The translations under genes were made by a program, and so were the position numbers. A DNA stretch of 64,000 nucleotides, taken from contig CAJWWP010000001.1 of the NCBI GenBank assembly GCA_913048525.1, positions 47,074 to 111,073 of the forward strand. The letters are read 5' to 3'. The first letter of the stretch is position 1; each line of letters begins with the position of its first letter. Under the pieces are notes generated by a model. The model was given only the letters and a program-made list of their open reading frames with translations. It ran no database searches and was not told the DNA's origin. Positions 36,247-44,463 of this stretch are shown in pieces. The stretch is from an uncultured Chloroflexota bacterium (GTDB taxonomy: Bacteria; Chloroflexota; Dehalococcoidia; Lucifugimonadales; UBA826).

Positions 36247-36642
36247 ATGACTTATTCCGTAAACCATGTACATATTAGGGCGAAAGATCCAGATGAATCG
36301 GCTAAGTGGTATGAGGAATTCTTTGATGCCAAAATACTGTCATCGCGGGAAGTAATGCCGGGAACTATTACTGTTAGTATGGACGCTGGTGGACCAGTGA
36401 GACTAAATATTTCTTCACAACCTGAGGGCTCCTCTGATAACACCGTACCTGCAGAACTAAATCGGCTAGGGCTCGAGCATTTTGGGTTCGATACCACTGA
36501 TATCGAATTTGATATACGGAAATTTGAGAGCGCTGGAGTGAGAATTGTTTTGCCTATTACGGAAATTTCCGGCGGGACAAAACTTGCCTACATAGAGGGA
36601 CCGGACAAGGTTCTGATAGAACTGGTTCAACCTGTTCATTAG
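36247..36642 (+). CDS. VOC (glyoxalase/bleomycin-resistance/extradiol dioxygenase) family protein
   Basis: 131 aa. VNHVHIRAKDPDESAKWYEEFF and GLEHFGF ... IELVQ are typical paired beta-alpha-beta-beta-beta modules. AAGGAGA SD. Confidence 0.8.
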   Translation: MTYSVNHVHIRAKDPDESAKWYEEFFDAKILSSREVMPGTITVSMDAGGPVRLNISSQPEGSSDNTVPAELNRLGLEHFGFDTTDIEFDIRKFESAGVRIVLPITEISGGTKLAYIEGPDKVLIELVQPVH

Positions 36643-36653
36643 GAGTATATGTT

Positions 36654-37415
36654 ATGGCTTTGAATGGAAGACTCGAAGGTAAAGTGGCTGTCGTTACCGG
36701 AGCTAGCAACGGTATGGGAGCGGCAGAATCTAAGCTTTTAGCTTCTGAAGGTGCCCATGTTGTCGCCTGCGACATACAGGCTGAGTCTGGAGAGGAAGTA
36801 GTAAGCGAAATACTGTCGGAGGGAGGAAGCGCTGAATACGCGCATTGTGATGTTACATCTGAAATAGAATGGAAATCTGTCATTGAGAGTACTGTTTCCA
36901 AGTACGGGGGCTTGCACGTGCTGGTAAATAACGCTGGGATCAGCAGTACTTCTGTTGAAGATAATCTGGCAACAGATGCCTGGGAAAACATTATGAATAT
37001 TAACGCAACGGGCGTTTTTCTGGGCACCAAGACTGCTGCAGAAGTAATGAAAGAACAGGGAGGTGGATCCATCGTGAACATTTCCTCAATAATGGGATTT
37101 GTAGGGGGTGAGTATGGACATCCTGCATATCATGCTTCCAAAGGTGCGGTTAGAATTTTTTCAAAGGCAATGGCTGTTAAATATGGACCTCATGGAGTGA
37201 GGGTGAACACAGTGCACCCAGGTTTCATGCCACCAATGACTTCATCAAATCATCCTTCGTCGGGATCCAGAGACCACTATGTTGCCCAAACCCCTCTACG
37301 TAGAACCGGAAAGACAATTGAGGTGGCCTATGGAGTACTTTTTCTGGCGTCTGATGAAGCATCATTTGTTACTGGTACGGAGCTCGTTATCGACGGGGGG
37401 TATATTGCCCAGTAG
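36654..37415 (+). CDS. short-chain dehydrogenase/reductase (SDR)
   Basis: 253 aa. TGASNGMGAA, NNAG, YHASK. Confidence 0.9.
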   Translation: MALNGRLEGKVAVVTGASNGMGAAESKLLASEGAHVVACDIQAESGEEVVSEILSEGGSAEYAHCDVTSEIEWKSVIESTVSKYGGLHVLVNNAGISSTSVEDNLATDAWENIMNINATGVFLGTKTAAEVMKEQGGGSIVNISSIMGFVGGEYGHPAYHASKGAVRIFSKAMAVKYGPHGVRVNTVHPGFMPPMTSSNHPSSGSRDHYVAQTPLRRTGKTIEVAYGVLFLASDEASFVTGTELVIDGGYIAQ

Positions 37416-37418
37416 TAG

Positions 37419-38216
37419 GTGATGATTATGAGCAGTAATGGGATAGGAAGACTCACGGGGAAGGTAGCTATAGTCACTGGGGCAGGCTCTCGCGGTGAGG
37501 TAGTAGGTAATGGCCAGGCCACCGCTTTATTGTTTGCACGAGAAGGCTGCAAAGTTTTATTGGTTGATTCTGAAGAAGAAAATTTATCTAGAACCCTTAA
37601 GAAGATTTCAGAACAAGGTGGAGAGGCTTCATTTTACGTGGGGGATGTATCAAAGGAATCAGATTGTCAGAAGATGGTGGAGTTGGCGGTAAATGCCTAC
37701 GGGCATCTCAATATACTTCACAACAATGTCGGTGTAGGTGGGTCAGGGACTGTCGTAGAGGTTGAAGTTGGGCAGTGGGATCACGTAATGGATGTGAATG
37801 TAAAGTCGATGATGCTTACCAGCAAATATGCGATTCCTAAAATCGCCTCATGTGGAGGCGGTGCTGTGATTAATATCTCGTCAATATCTGCTATTAGGCC
37901 TAGAGGGCTTACCCCATATACGGTTTCAAAGGGTGCTGTTATAGCGTTAACAAAGGCTATGGCGGTTGATCATGCTGCTGACAAGGTGAGAGTTAACTGT
38001 ATATTACCTGGACCTATATTTTCTTCGATGACCTCAGCCAAAATGACTGAGGAAGTTAGGGAATTGCGTCGAAAATCTTCCCCTATGGGTATAGAAGGTT
38101 CCCCTATGGACATAGCCAATGCAGCTTTATATTTAGCAGGTGATGAGTCCCGATGGGTGACTGGAATTTCATTAATCGTTGACGGAGGTGTTTCATTGAT
38201 GAGTCCTCAAAGGTAG
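37419..38216 (+). CDS. short-chain dehydrogenase/reductase (SDR) with an insertion in the glycine-rich loop
   Basis: 265 aa. TGAGSRGEVVGNGQA (extended loop), HNNVG, YTVSK. The GTG start is 3 nt after the upstream stop. Confidence 0.85.
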   Translation: MMIMSSNGIGRLTGKVAIVTGAGSRGEVVGNGQATALLFAREGCKVLLVDSEEENLSRTLKKISEQGGEASFYVGDVSKESDCQKMVELAVNAYGHLNILHNNVGVGGSGTVVEVEVGQWDHVMDVNVKSMMLTSKYAIPKIASCGGGAVINISSISAIRPRGLTPYTVSKGAVIALTKAMAVDHAADKVRVNCILPGPIFSSMTSAKMTEEVRELRRKSSPMGIEGSPMDIANAALYLAGDESRWVTGISLIVDGGVSLMSPQR

Positions 38217-38260
38217 GTGTGCAGCAATCGAATAAATAGTTAACTCTGGAGGAAGATGAA

Positions 38261-39013
38261 ATGAGATTGGAAAATAAAGTTTCGATTATCACTGGTGGTG
38301 CTAGTGGTATGGGGGCTGCCGAGGCAGCATTGTTTGCTTCTGAGGGCTCTAATGTTGTTGTGGCGGATATGAGAATAGAGGACGGAATGGAGGTCGTCGA
38401 TGAGATCAGATCTGCTGGCGGTATTGCTACCTTCATGGAGCTTGATGTAACTGATGAAGAAAGATGGGAAGTAGTGGTGGCTGACGTTTTAAACCAGTTT
38501 GGCACTATAGACGTTTTGATAAATAATGCCGGAATAAGCGGTTCCTACCAACCAGATATTATGAGTTTAGAAGCATACGACCGACTCATGAATGTTAATT
38601 CGCGCGGTGTTTTTTTAGGAATGCGAAGTGTACTCCCTGCTATGTGCCAGAGTGGGTCGGGATCAATAGTAAATATATCGTCCATATCTGGCATTGTTGG
38701 ACAGAGTTATGTTCATATGGGATACAACGCTTCTAAAGGGGCGGTAAGGATAATGACGAAGTCGGCAGCGGTGCAGTATGCAGAAAAAGGGATAAGAGTC
38801 AATTCTGTTCACCCCGGAATAATGCCGCCAATGGTTACCTCAGTTGGCACTGCTGATCCTGAAACAAGGAAAATAATGCTAGAAGATGTTCCTATGAACA
38901 GGGTAGGCCTTGTTGGAGAAGTTGCCAATGCGGTTTTATTTCTCGCCTCTGAAGAGGCCTCGTATATAACCGGAGCTGAATTACCTGTTGATGGGGGCCT
39001 TACTGCTCGGTAA
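38261..39013 (+). CDS. short-chain dehydrogenase/reductase (SDR)
   Basis: 250 aa. TGGASGMGAA, NNAG, YNASK. GGAGGA SD. Confidence 0.9.
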   Translation: MRLENKVSIITGGASGMGAAEAALFASEGSNVVVADMRIEDGMEVVDEIRSAGGIATFMELDVTDEERWEVVVADVLNQFGTIDVLINNAGISGSYQPDIMSLEAYDRLMNVNSRGVFLGMRSVLPAMCQSGSGSIVNISSISGIVGQSYVHMGYNASKGAVRIMTKSAAVQYAEKGIRVNSVHPGIMPPMVTSVGTADPETRKIMLEDVPMNRVGLVGEVANAVLFLASEEASYITGAELPVDGGLTAR

Positions 39014-39058
39014 TCGGCAAAGTTTTATCGCTAACGCAAGTAACAAGAGAGGTGCAGC

Positions 39059-39376
39059 ATGGCTTTTTATCGATTATTTACAGGTGCCGATGGGCAATCT
39101 CATATGGAGGAATATAAACCCCCACAGGAGATGCCGGCTACTGGAGTGGTGTTTAGGAAGCACGAGCCAGGAAATTTTATTGATTGGCATACTGCTCCCC
39201 GCAAACAGTTTCTGGTGACTCTTGAAGGTGAGGTTGAAATAGGATTGGGAGATGGAACTCTTTACAGGTTAGGTCCTGGAGATATGATGCTTGCCGAAGA
39301 TTTGGATGGCCAAGGACATACTACGAGAGCAGTTGGTGAGATTCCGAGGATCTCGATAGCCATACCTGTTGAATGA
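39059..39376 (+). CDS. small cupin-like protein (tentative)
   Basis: 105 aa. WHTAPRKQFLVTLEGEVEIGLGDG...LGPGDMMLAEDLDGQGH resembles a single cupin barrel. AGAGGTG SD. Confidence 0.4.
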   Translation: MAFYRLFTGADGQSHMEEYKPPQEMPATGVVFRKHEPGNFIDWHTAPRKQFLVTLEGEVEIGLGDGTLYRLGPGDMMLAEDLDGQGHTTRAVGEIPRISIAIPVE

Positions 39377-39411
39377 AAATATTATAGATAGTTGTCTGGA
39401 GGCAAAAAATC

Positions 39412-40194
39412 TTGGATAAGCAATCGATGGTTACCAGTGCTGACAGTCTTTTCGTTGCTAGGAAAAGACATATTCCTACGCTTGCAATTACTTCTTCTAT
39501 AAATGATTTAACTGTGGATGGAGCATATGGTATTCAACAGGAACTTTTAAAAAAATTAACAATCGAAGGTGACGTGATTGTGGGAGGTAAAATTGGGCTT
39601 AGCTCAAAGGCTAATCAGGAAAAATTTGGAATAAATGAACCAATTTTTGGGCATTTATTAGCCTCCATGATGATTCCGGAGGGAGAACCTATATCTATTG
39701 ACAGCATGTTTCGTCCTATAGTCGAACCAGAGATATCCTTTTTGTTATCCAAGGATTTGAAGGGGCCAGGAGTTACTGTGGGTAACGTTTTGGCGGCTAC
39801 CGCAGGAGTCATGCCCGCATTCGAGATAGCTGATAGCAGATATGAAACTCCCATATCTAGAATTGAAGACAATATCGCCGATAATTCTGGCGCAGCAATA
39901 GTAATACTTGGTGGAAAACTTACCAAGATAGATAACTTAGATTTACGGCTAGTAGGGATGGTTCTTGAAGAGAATGGAGAAGTTATTTCAACAGGTGCCG
40001 GAGCAGCAGTTCTTGGCAATCCTGCGCAGGCAGTTGCTAATCTTGCTAACAGGTGGGCGGACTTCGATATTGGGCTTAAAGCTGGCGATATAGTTATATC
40101 AGGCACCCCCGTTGCAGCTGTTCCCGCGGAGACCGGAGATTCATTCAGCGCAATTTTTGACAGACTGGGTGCCGTGTCCGTGAGTTTTTCATGA
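39412..40194 (+). CDS. 2-keto-4-pentenoate (2-oxopent-4-enoate) hydratase family protein
   Basis: 260 aa. AYGIQQELLKK...GGKIGLSSKANQEKFGINEPIFGHL ... EPEISFLL matches the MhpD/XylJ/HpcG-type hydratase pattern (FAH fold). TTG start after GGAGG. Confidence 0.7.
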   Translation: MDKQSMVTSADSLFVARKRHIPTLAITSSINDLTVDGAYGIQQELLKKLTIEGDVIVGGKIGLSSKANQEKFGINEPIFGHLLASMMIPEGEPISIDSMFRPIVEPEISFLLSKDLKGPGVTVGNVLAATAGVMPAFEIADSRYETPISRIEDNIADNSGAAIVILGGKLTKIDNLDLRLVGMVLEENGEVISTGAGAAVLGNPAQAVANLANRWADFDIGLKAGDIVISGTPVAAVPAETGDSFSAIFDRLGAVSVSFS

Positions 40195-40227
40195 TCACCT
40201 TTAGTTCTTAGAATAGGAAATAAGATT

Positions 40228-41058
40228 TTGAGTAAGACATCTGAACACATTTTTACGATGCATATTGAAGATGGTGCTCCATCTCATCCTGGAGGTAGCA
40301 ATAATTATTTTGTTGGTGACCCTCAAAAAAAAATGGTCATCATTGACACTGGGGATTACGAACGTAATTGGACGAAATCGATTATCGATTACTATATCCA
40401 GCTTGGAAAACCTTCCATAGAGGCTATTTTAATCACTCATGGGCATGGGGACCACACCGGGGGACTAGATAGAATTCAAGATTTAGTGGGGTGTCCCGTT
40501 CGCTGCCATCCCGATCTTGCGGGCAAACTCTCAAGAATACTTGGGGACGAAAGCATGGTGGTTCCTTTAGAAGATAGAGAAAAGATACATCTAGATAATT
40601 CCGTTGATTTGGAGGTCATATTTACTCCAGGCCACGAAGTTGATCACGTTTGCTACTACCTGGCATCTGACAGGGCTATGTTTACAGGTGATGCCGTTTT
40701 GGGTGCAAGCTCGACGTCAGTTAGAGATCTCACGTCGTATATGAAGTCGTTGGAATTAATTACGGCTTATGAGCATGACACGGTTTGTCCGGCGCATGGG
40801 CCCGTTGTGCCGCCACCAAAGGGTAAAGGCCTCGTTCGATGGCAGCTCGACCATAGAATAAGTAGGGAAAAACAAGTTCTTGAGTCCCTTGAAAACGGTG
40901 AAATGTCAATTAGCGATATAAGGTCGTTGATCTATCCGTCTGACCTAGACGAGAGGTTAATTCCAACTGCGGAAAGTAACGTTGAGCGCCATCTAGATAA
41001 ACTGGTTGGTGAGAGTATGGTACGGAGGAAGGACTCGGTTTTTACTATTATCCAGTAA
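40228..41058 (+). CDS. MBL-fold metallo-hydrolase with C-terminal winged-helix-like domain (LACTB2-like architecture)
   Basis: 276 aa. ITHGHGDHTGG, TPGHEVDH, PAHG. The C-terminal roughly 60 aa (VLESLENGEMSISDI...HLDKLVGESMVRR) resemble the beta-lactamase-associated winged helix. Confidence 0.75.
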   Translation: MSKTSEHIFTMHIEDGAPSHPGGSNNYFVGDPQKKMVIIDTGDYERNWTKSIIDYYIQLGKPSIEAILITHGHGDHTGGLDRIQDLVGCPVRCHPDLAGKLSRILGDESMVVPLEDREKIHLDNSVDLEVIFTPGHEVDHVCYYLASDRAMFTGDAVLGASSTSVRDLTSYMKSLELITAYEHDTVCPAHGPVVPPPKGKGLVRWQLDHRISREKQVLESLENGEMSISDIRSLIYPSDLDERLIPTAESNVERHLDKLVGESMVRRKDSVFTIIQ

Positions 41059-41084
41059 CACCTGGTTGGCTTTGACCCAGAATT

Positions 41085-42266
41085 TCATGTTGTTTCGTTT
41101 ATAGTACTGAGTAAATGGGATGCCAGTTGTTCAAGAGCCCTTGCTTCGATGGGAGGATTCGATATTCCGCTTCTTACATCCCTGAAGTACCTCTCCAGTG
41201 GTTTGTCTTTGTCCAATCCAACTGCCCCAACTATTCTCATAGCGAGATCGGTAATAGATATTGCTGCCTCTATGGTTTGCACTTTTATGATTGATATCTC
41301 GGGCAATAAGTCTTCTCTGTCATCTGGGTAGTCTTCCCAATCTTCACAGCAAGATAAAAGGCTTCTTCTAGCCCTTAACAGTTGAGATTCCATTCTTGCT
41401 ATCTGTTCCCTTATATGAGGAATATCAGAAATTGTGCCTGCTGCCCCTGTTGGTCTACGGTTCAACGCGAATTTGATTGCATAGAGTCGGGCTGAGTGGG
41501 CTATCCCCAAATTTGCTCCGCTTAATAACATGGGAAACCATGCGGCCCCATCTGGAGAAGTGCTGTTTTGTTTTTTGGAATTTGAACGAGATATAAAATC
41601 TTTTTCAGAAACTTTTACATTGTCAAATATTATGTCGTGAGATCCCGTTGCTCTCATGGACATTGAGTTCCAGGTTTCCTCGATACTTACACCGGAAGAA
41701 TCCATTTCCACAACTATTTTGGCAACATCTCCACTTCCATCCTCAACGGCTGCTAGTGTCATGGCATAGGTTAGAACTGGAGATAATGTTGACCAGGTTT
41801 TTCGTCCATTAAGAACCCATTCATCGCCATTTGATTTTATCAGTGAGGTGGAGGGACGACCTCCTCCCCGAGGACTCCCAAGTTCTGGTTCAGAAGCTAT
41901 GTTGTTGGTTATCGCTCCTGACCGGACTACATCGTTAAAAATCTTGGATCTGATTTTTTCGGGCCACTGATCTGATTCTGATTCTGTTCCTACAACCTGA
42001 TGGTGCATTCCGACGGCGACAGCTGTTGAGCCACAAGCCTTTCCAATCTCATATTGAGAAAGTACCATGTCAGTGATTCCGTGCCCAAGACCTCCGTATT
42101 TCTCTGGGACGCATGCTTTAAGGTATCCCTTTTGCCTTATTAGACTGAAGTGTTCCACAGGAAATGTTGCGCTGAAGTCATGATGGTGGGAAGTTGGGCC
42201 AATTTCTTTTGCTATAGATTTTGCACTTTCAACGATTTTTTTTTGTTTTTCACTGTTTGGCCACAT
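41085..42266 (-). CDS. acyl-CoA dehydrogenase-fold flavoprotein (dehydrogenase or ACAD-fold oxygenase)
   Basis: 393 aa with a three-domain ACAD-like layout. The C-terminus LERYFRDVRSGISNPPIEARALEQLA aligns by eye to the ACAD ...[12 protein letters not shown]... region but lacks the Glu. Confidence 0.7.
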   Translation of the reverse strand: MWPNSEKQKKIVESAKSIAKEIGPTSHHHDFSATFPVEHFSLIRQKGYLKACVPEKYGGLGHGITDMVLSQYEIGKACGSTAVAVGMHHQVVGTESESDQWPEKIRSKIFNDVVRSGAITNNIASEPELGSPRGGGRPSTSLIKSNGDEWVLNGRKTWSTLSPVLTYAMTLAAVEDGSGDVAKIVVEMDSSGVSIEETWNSMSMRATGSHDIIFDNVKVSEKDFISRSNSKKQNSTSPDGAAWFPMLLSGANLGIAHSARLYAIKFALNRRPTGAAGTISDIPHIREQIARMESQLLRARRSLLSCCEDWEDYPDDREDLLPEISIIKVQTIEAAISITDLAMRIVGAVGLDKDKPLERYFRDVRSGISNPPIEARALEQLASHLLSTINETT

Positions 42267-42432
42267 ATGTATTTCCTAGGGTTTTTCAGACTAGGTCGAT
42301 ATTCTATCTGACAAACCAGCACTTTACTTGTAGAGTGGTTACCTATAAAAATGTGGGACAAACAACTAAAAACAAATTAGAGATCTGTTTGTATAGATCT
42401 TTGTTTTATGACCGAATGAGAGGTGAGACAGA

Positions 42433-43605
42433 ATGAATCTTCCTGAAAGAATGACTTTTGGCATATTTTTGGGGCCATTTCATAGAGTCGGAGAAAATCC
42501 GACTTTAGCTTTTCACAGAGATATGGAGCTTATAGAGTGGCTCGATGAGCTCGGATATGACGAAGCTTGGATAGGAGAACACCATAGTGCTGGGTGGGAA
42601 ATTATTTCATCACCTGAACTGTTCATTGCAGCGGCTGCGGAGAGAACAAAGCATATCAAGCTGGGGACTGGGGTAGTTAGCCTTCCTTACCATCATCCCT
42701 TTATGGTGGCCAATCGAATGGTTCAACTGGATCATATGACAAGGGGTCGCATAATGTTTGGTGTTGGACCTGGAGCATTACCTACGGACGCATATATGAT
42801 GGGTATTGATCCAACCACTCAACGTAGGAAAATGGAGGAATCACTTGCAATTATCCTTCGCCTGTTCACTGAAGATGAGCCGATAACATACAAAGGAGAA
42901 TGGTTTGAACTTAATGAGGCCTTGCTCCAGATTAAACCTTACCAGCGGCCGTATATGCCTATTGCGGTGGCATCTATCCAATCTCCCTCTGGTGTTGTTC
43001 TCGCAGGTAAATATGGCGCGTCAGTTTTGACAATAACTGTTCCACGCGACCCGTCTGCTGGGCGCGCTGATTACAGTAAACTTTGGGATATTGCGGAGGA
43101 AACGGCCAAGGAGAATTCAAAAGTAGTGAGGCGCGAAGAATGGAGATTAACAGTTCCTGTTCACGTAGCTGAAACTACGCAACAGGCTAGGGACGATGTA
43201 CGAGTAGGAGCATGTCAGTTTCTTAGGGAATATTCTGAAGGAACCAATGGTCGAGATCCTGTGTTCAACGGTGCAGATGAAGATCTTGTAGATTGGATGG
43301 CTGACCATGGTTACTGGATTGTTGGGAGCCCCGACGACTGCATAGAAGGTATTAATCAGCTTGCTAGAGAAAGTGGCGGTTTCGGAGGTTTTCTTGTTCA
43401 GACAGTTGACTGGGCACCGCGGGAAACTATGTTAAAGAGCTATGAACTTATCGCCAGGTATGTTATGCCGCAGTTTCAGGGATCGGTTAGGTCAATAGAG
43501 GCTTCAAACCAGTGGGCGAAGGATAGAATCGAGCCCCTCTTGGCCGGAAGAGTAAAAGGCTTGGAGACAGCTAAGAATGATTATGCTGAGTCTAGGGATG
43601 AATAA
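42433..43605 (+). CDS. luciferase-like flavin-dependent monooxygenase (LLM; LimB-like)
   Basis: 390 aa. FGIFLGPFH ... YDEAWIGEHHS ... IKLGTGVVSLPYHHP ... GRIMFGVGPG. GAGAGGTGAG SD. Confidence 0.85.
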   Translation: MNLPERMTFGIFLGPFHRVGENPTLAFHRDMELIEWLDELGYDEAWIGEHHSAGWEIISSPELFIAAAAERTKHIKLGTGVVSLPYHHPFMVANRMVQLDHMTRGRIMFGVGPGALPTDAYMMGIDPTTQRRKMEESLAIILRLFTEDEPITYKGEWFELNEALLQIKPYQRPYMPIAVASIQSPSGVVLAGKYGASVLTITVPRDPSAGRADYSKLWDIAEETAKENSKVVRREEWRLTVPVHVAETTQQARDDVRVGACQFLREYSEGTNGRDPVFNGADEDLVDWMADHGYWIVGSPDDCIEGINQLARESGGFGGFLVQTVDWAPRETMLKSYELIARYVMPQFQGSVRSIEASNQWAKDRIEPLLAGRVKGLETAKNDYAESRDE

Positions 43606-44420
43606 TGGCTTCTCAAATTTTTGATCTGTCTGGAAAAGTATCGGTAGTTTCCGGAGCTGCTCAAGGAATGGGGAGAGCAATGTCTGTTGCTTTAGCTGAG
43701 TCTGGGTCTGATGTGGCTATCATCGATTTAAATGGAGCGGGACTTTCTGATACCGCTTCCTATATCAAGTCGATCGGTAGAAATGTGGAGATGTTTACTG
43801 AGGACATTTCAGACGTGGAGGCGATTCCAGGAATTTTTTTGGACGTGATGGAAAGATACGGAAGGGTGGATTTTTTAGGAAATGTTGCTGGCGGGAAAAC
43901 GGTTATGGGGTCCTCAGAGGATTTCAAGGTGGAGGATTTTGAAAGATCATTAAAAAGTCTGGTAATTGGACGTTTTTTGATGTGTCGTGAGGCCGGGAGA
44001 ATTATGCTGAAACAGGGGAAGGGCTCAATAGTAAATATTGGTTCAATTGGAGGCATATCATCCCTGGGTAGAGGTCAGATTGCCTATCAGACTGCTATGG
44101 GGGCGGTCGTTCAAATGACCAGAAGCTTAGCCACAGAGTGGGCAAGTCGTGGAGTTAGGGTGAATGCGATCCTTCCTGCTCAGGTGCTAAACCCGGGGCT
44201 CCAGGACCGGATTGAAAAAACTCCGGATGTGCTTAAAACTTTTCTTAGTGGGATTCCTGCAGGGAGAATAGGAAATCCTGATGACATTAAGGGATTGTCA
44301 GTTTTTCTAGCCTCAGATTCAGCTTCTTGGATCACAGGAGCATTGATACCTATGGATGGGGGCAATACAGCACTTAATGCGGGAGGTTCTTATCCTGGGT
44401 CTCCCCAGACTTCCGGGTAA
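43605..44420 (+). CDS. atypical SDR (catalytic Lys replaced: YxxxM)
   Basis: 271 aa. SGAAQGMGRA cofactor loop. The active-site segment reads AYQTAMGAV (Y161 nt 44085-44087, M165 nt 44097-44099) instead of YxxxK. The start overlaps the LLM stop (TAATG). Confidence 0.8.
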   Translation: MASQIFDLSGKVSVVSGAAQGMGRAMSVALAESGSDVAIIDLNGAGLSDTASYIKSIGRNVEMFTEDISDVEAIPGIFLDVMERYGRVDFLGNVAGGKTVMGSSEDFKVEDFERSLKSLVIGRFLMCREAGRIMLKQGKGSIVNIGSIGGISSLGRGQIAYQTAMGAVVQMTRSLATEWASRGVRVNAILPAQVLNPGLQDRIEKTPDVLKTFLSGIPAGRIGNPDDIKGLSVFLASDSASWITGALIPMDGGNTALNAGGSYPGSPQTSG

Positions 44421-44463
44421 GAGTACGATATAAGACAACTATAAATTTTTCGAGGATATAACG

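Noticed and set aside
36557-37081. Long antisense ORFs in the track. Examples: 36557..37081(-), 39615..40250(-), 48105..48593(+), 58561..58995(-), 30956..31360(-), 9569..10099(+), 51197..51664(-).
   Set aside because: Each lies fully inside, and antisense to, a CDS with clear family motifs and an SD. Their translations are low-complexity (Ser/Pro/Ile-rich) with no motifs. They are shadow ORFs.
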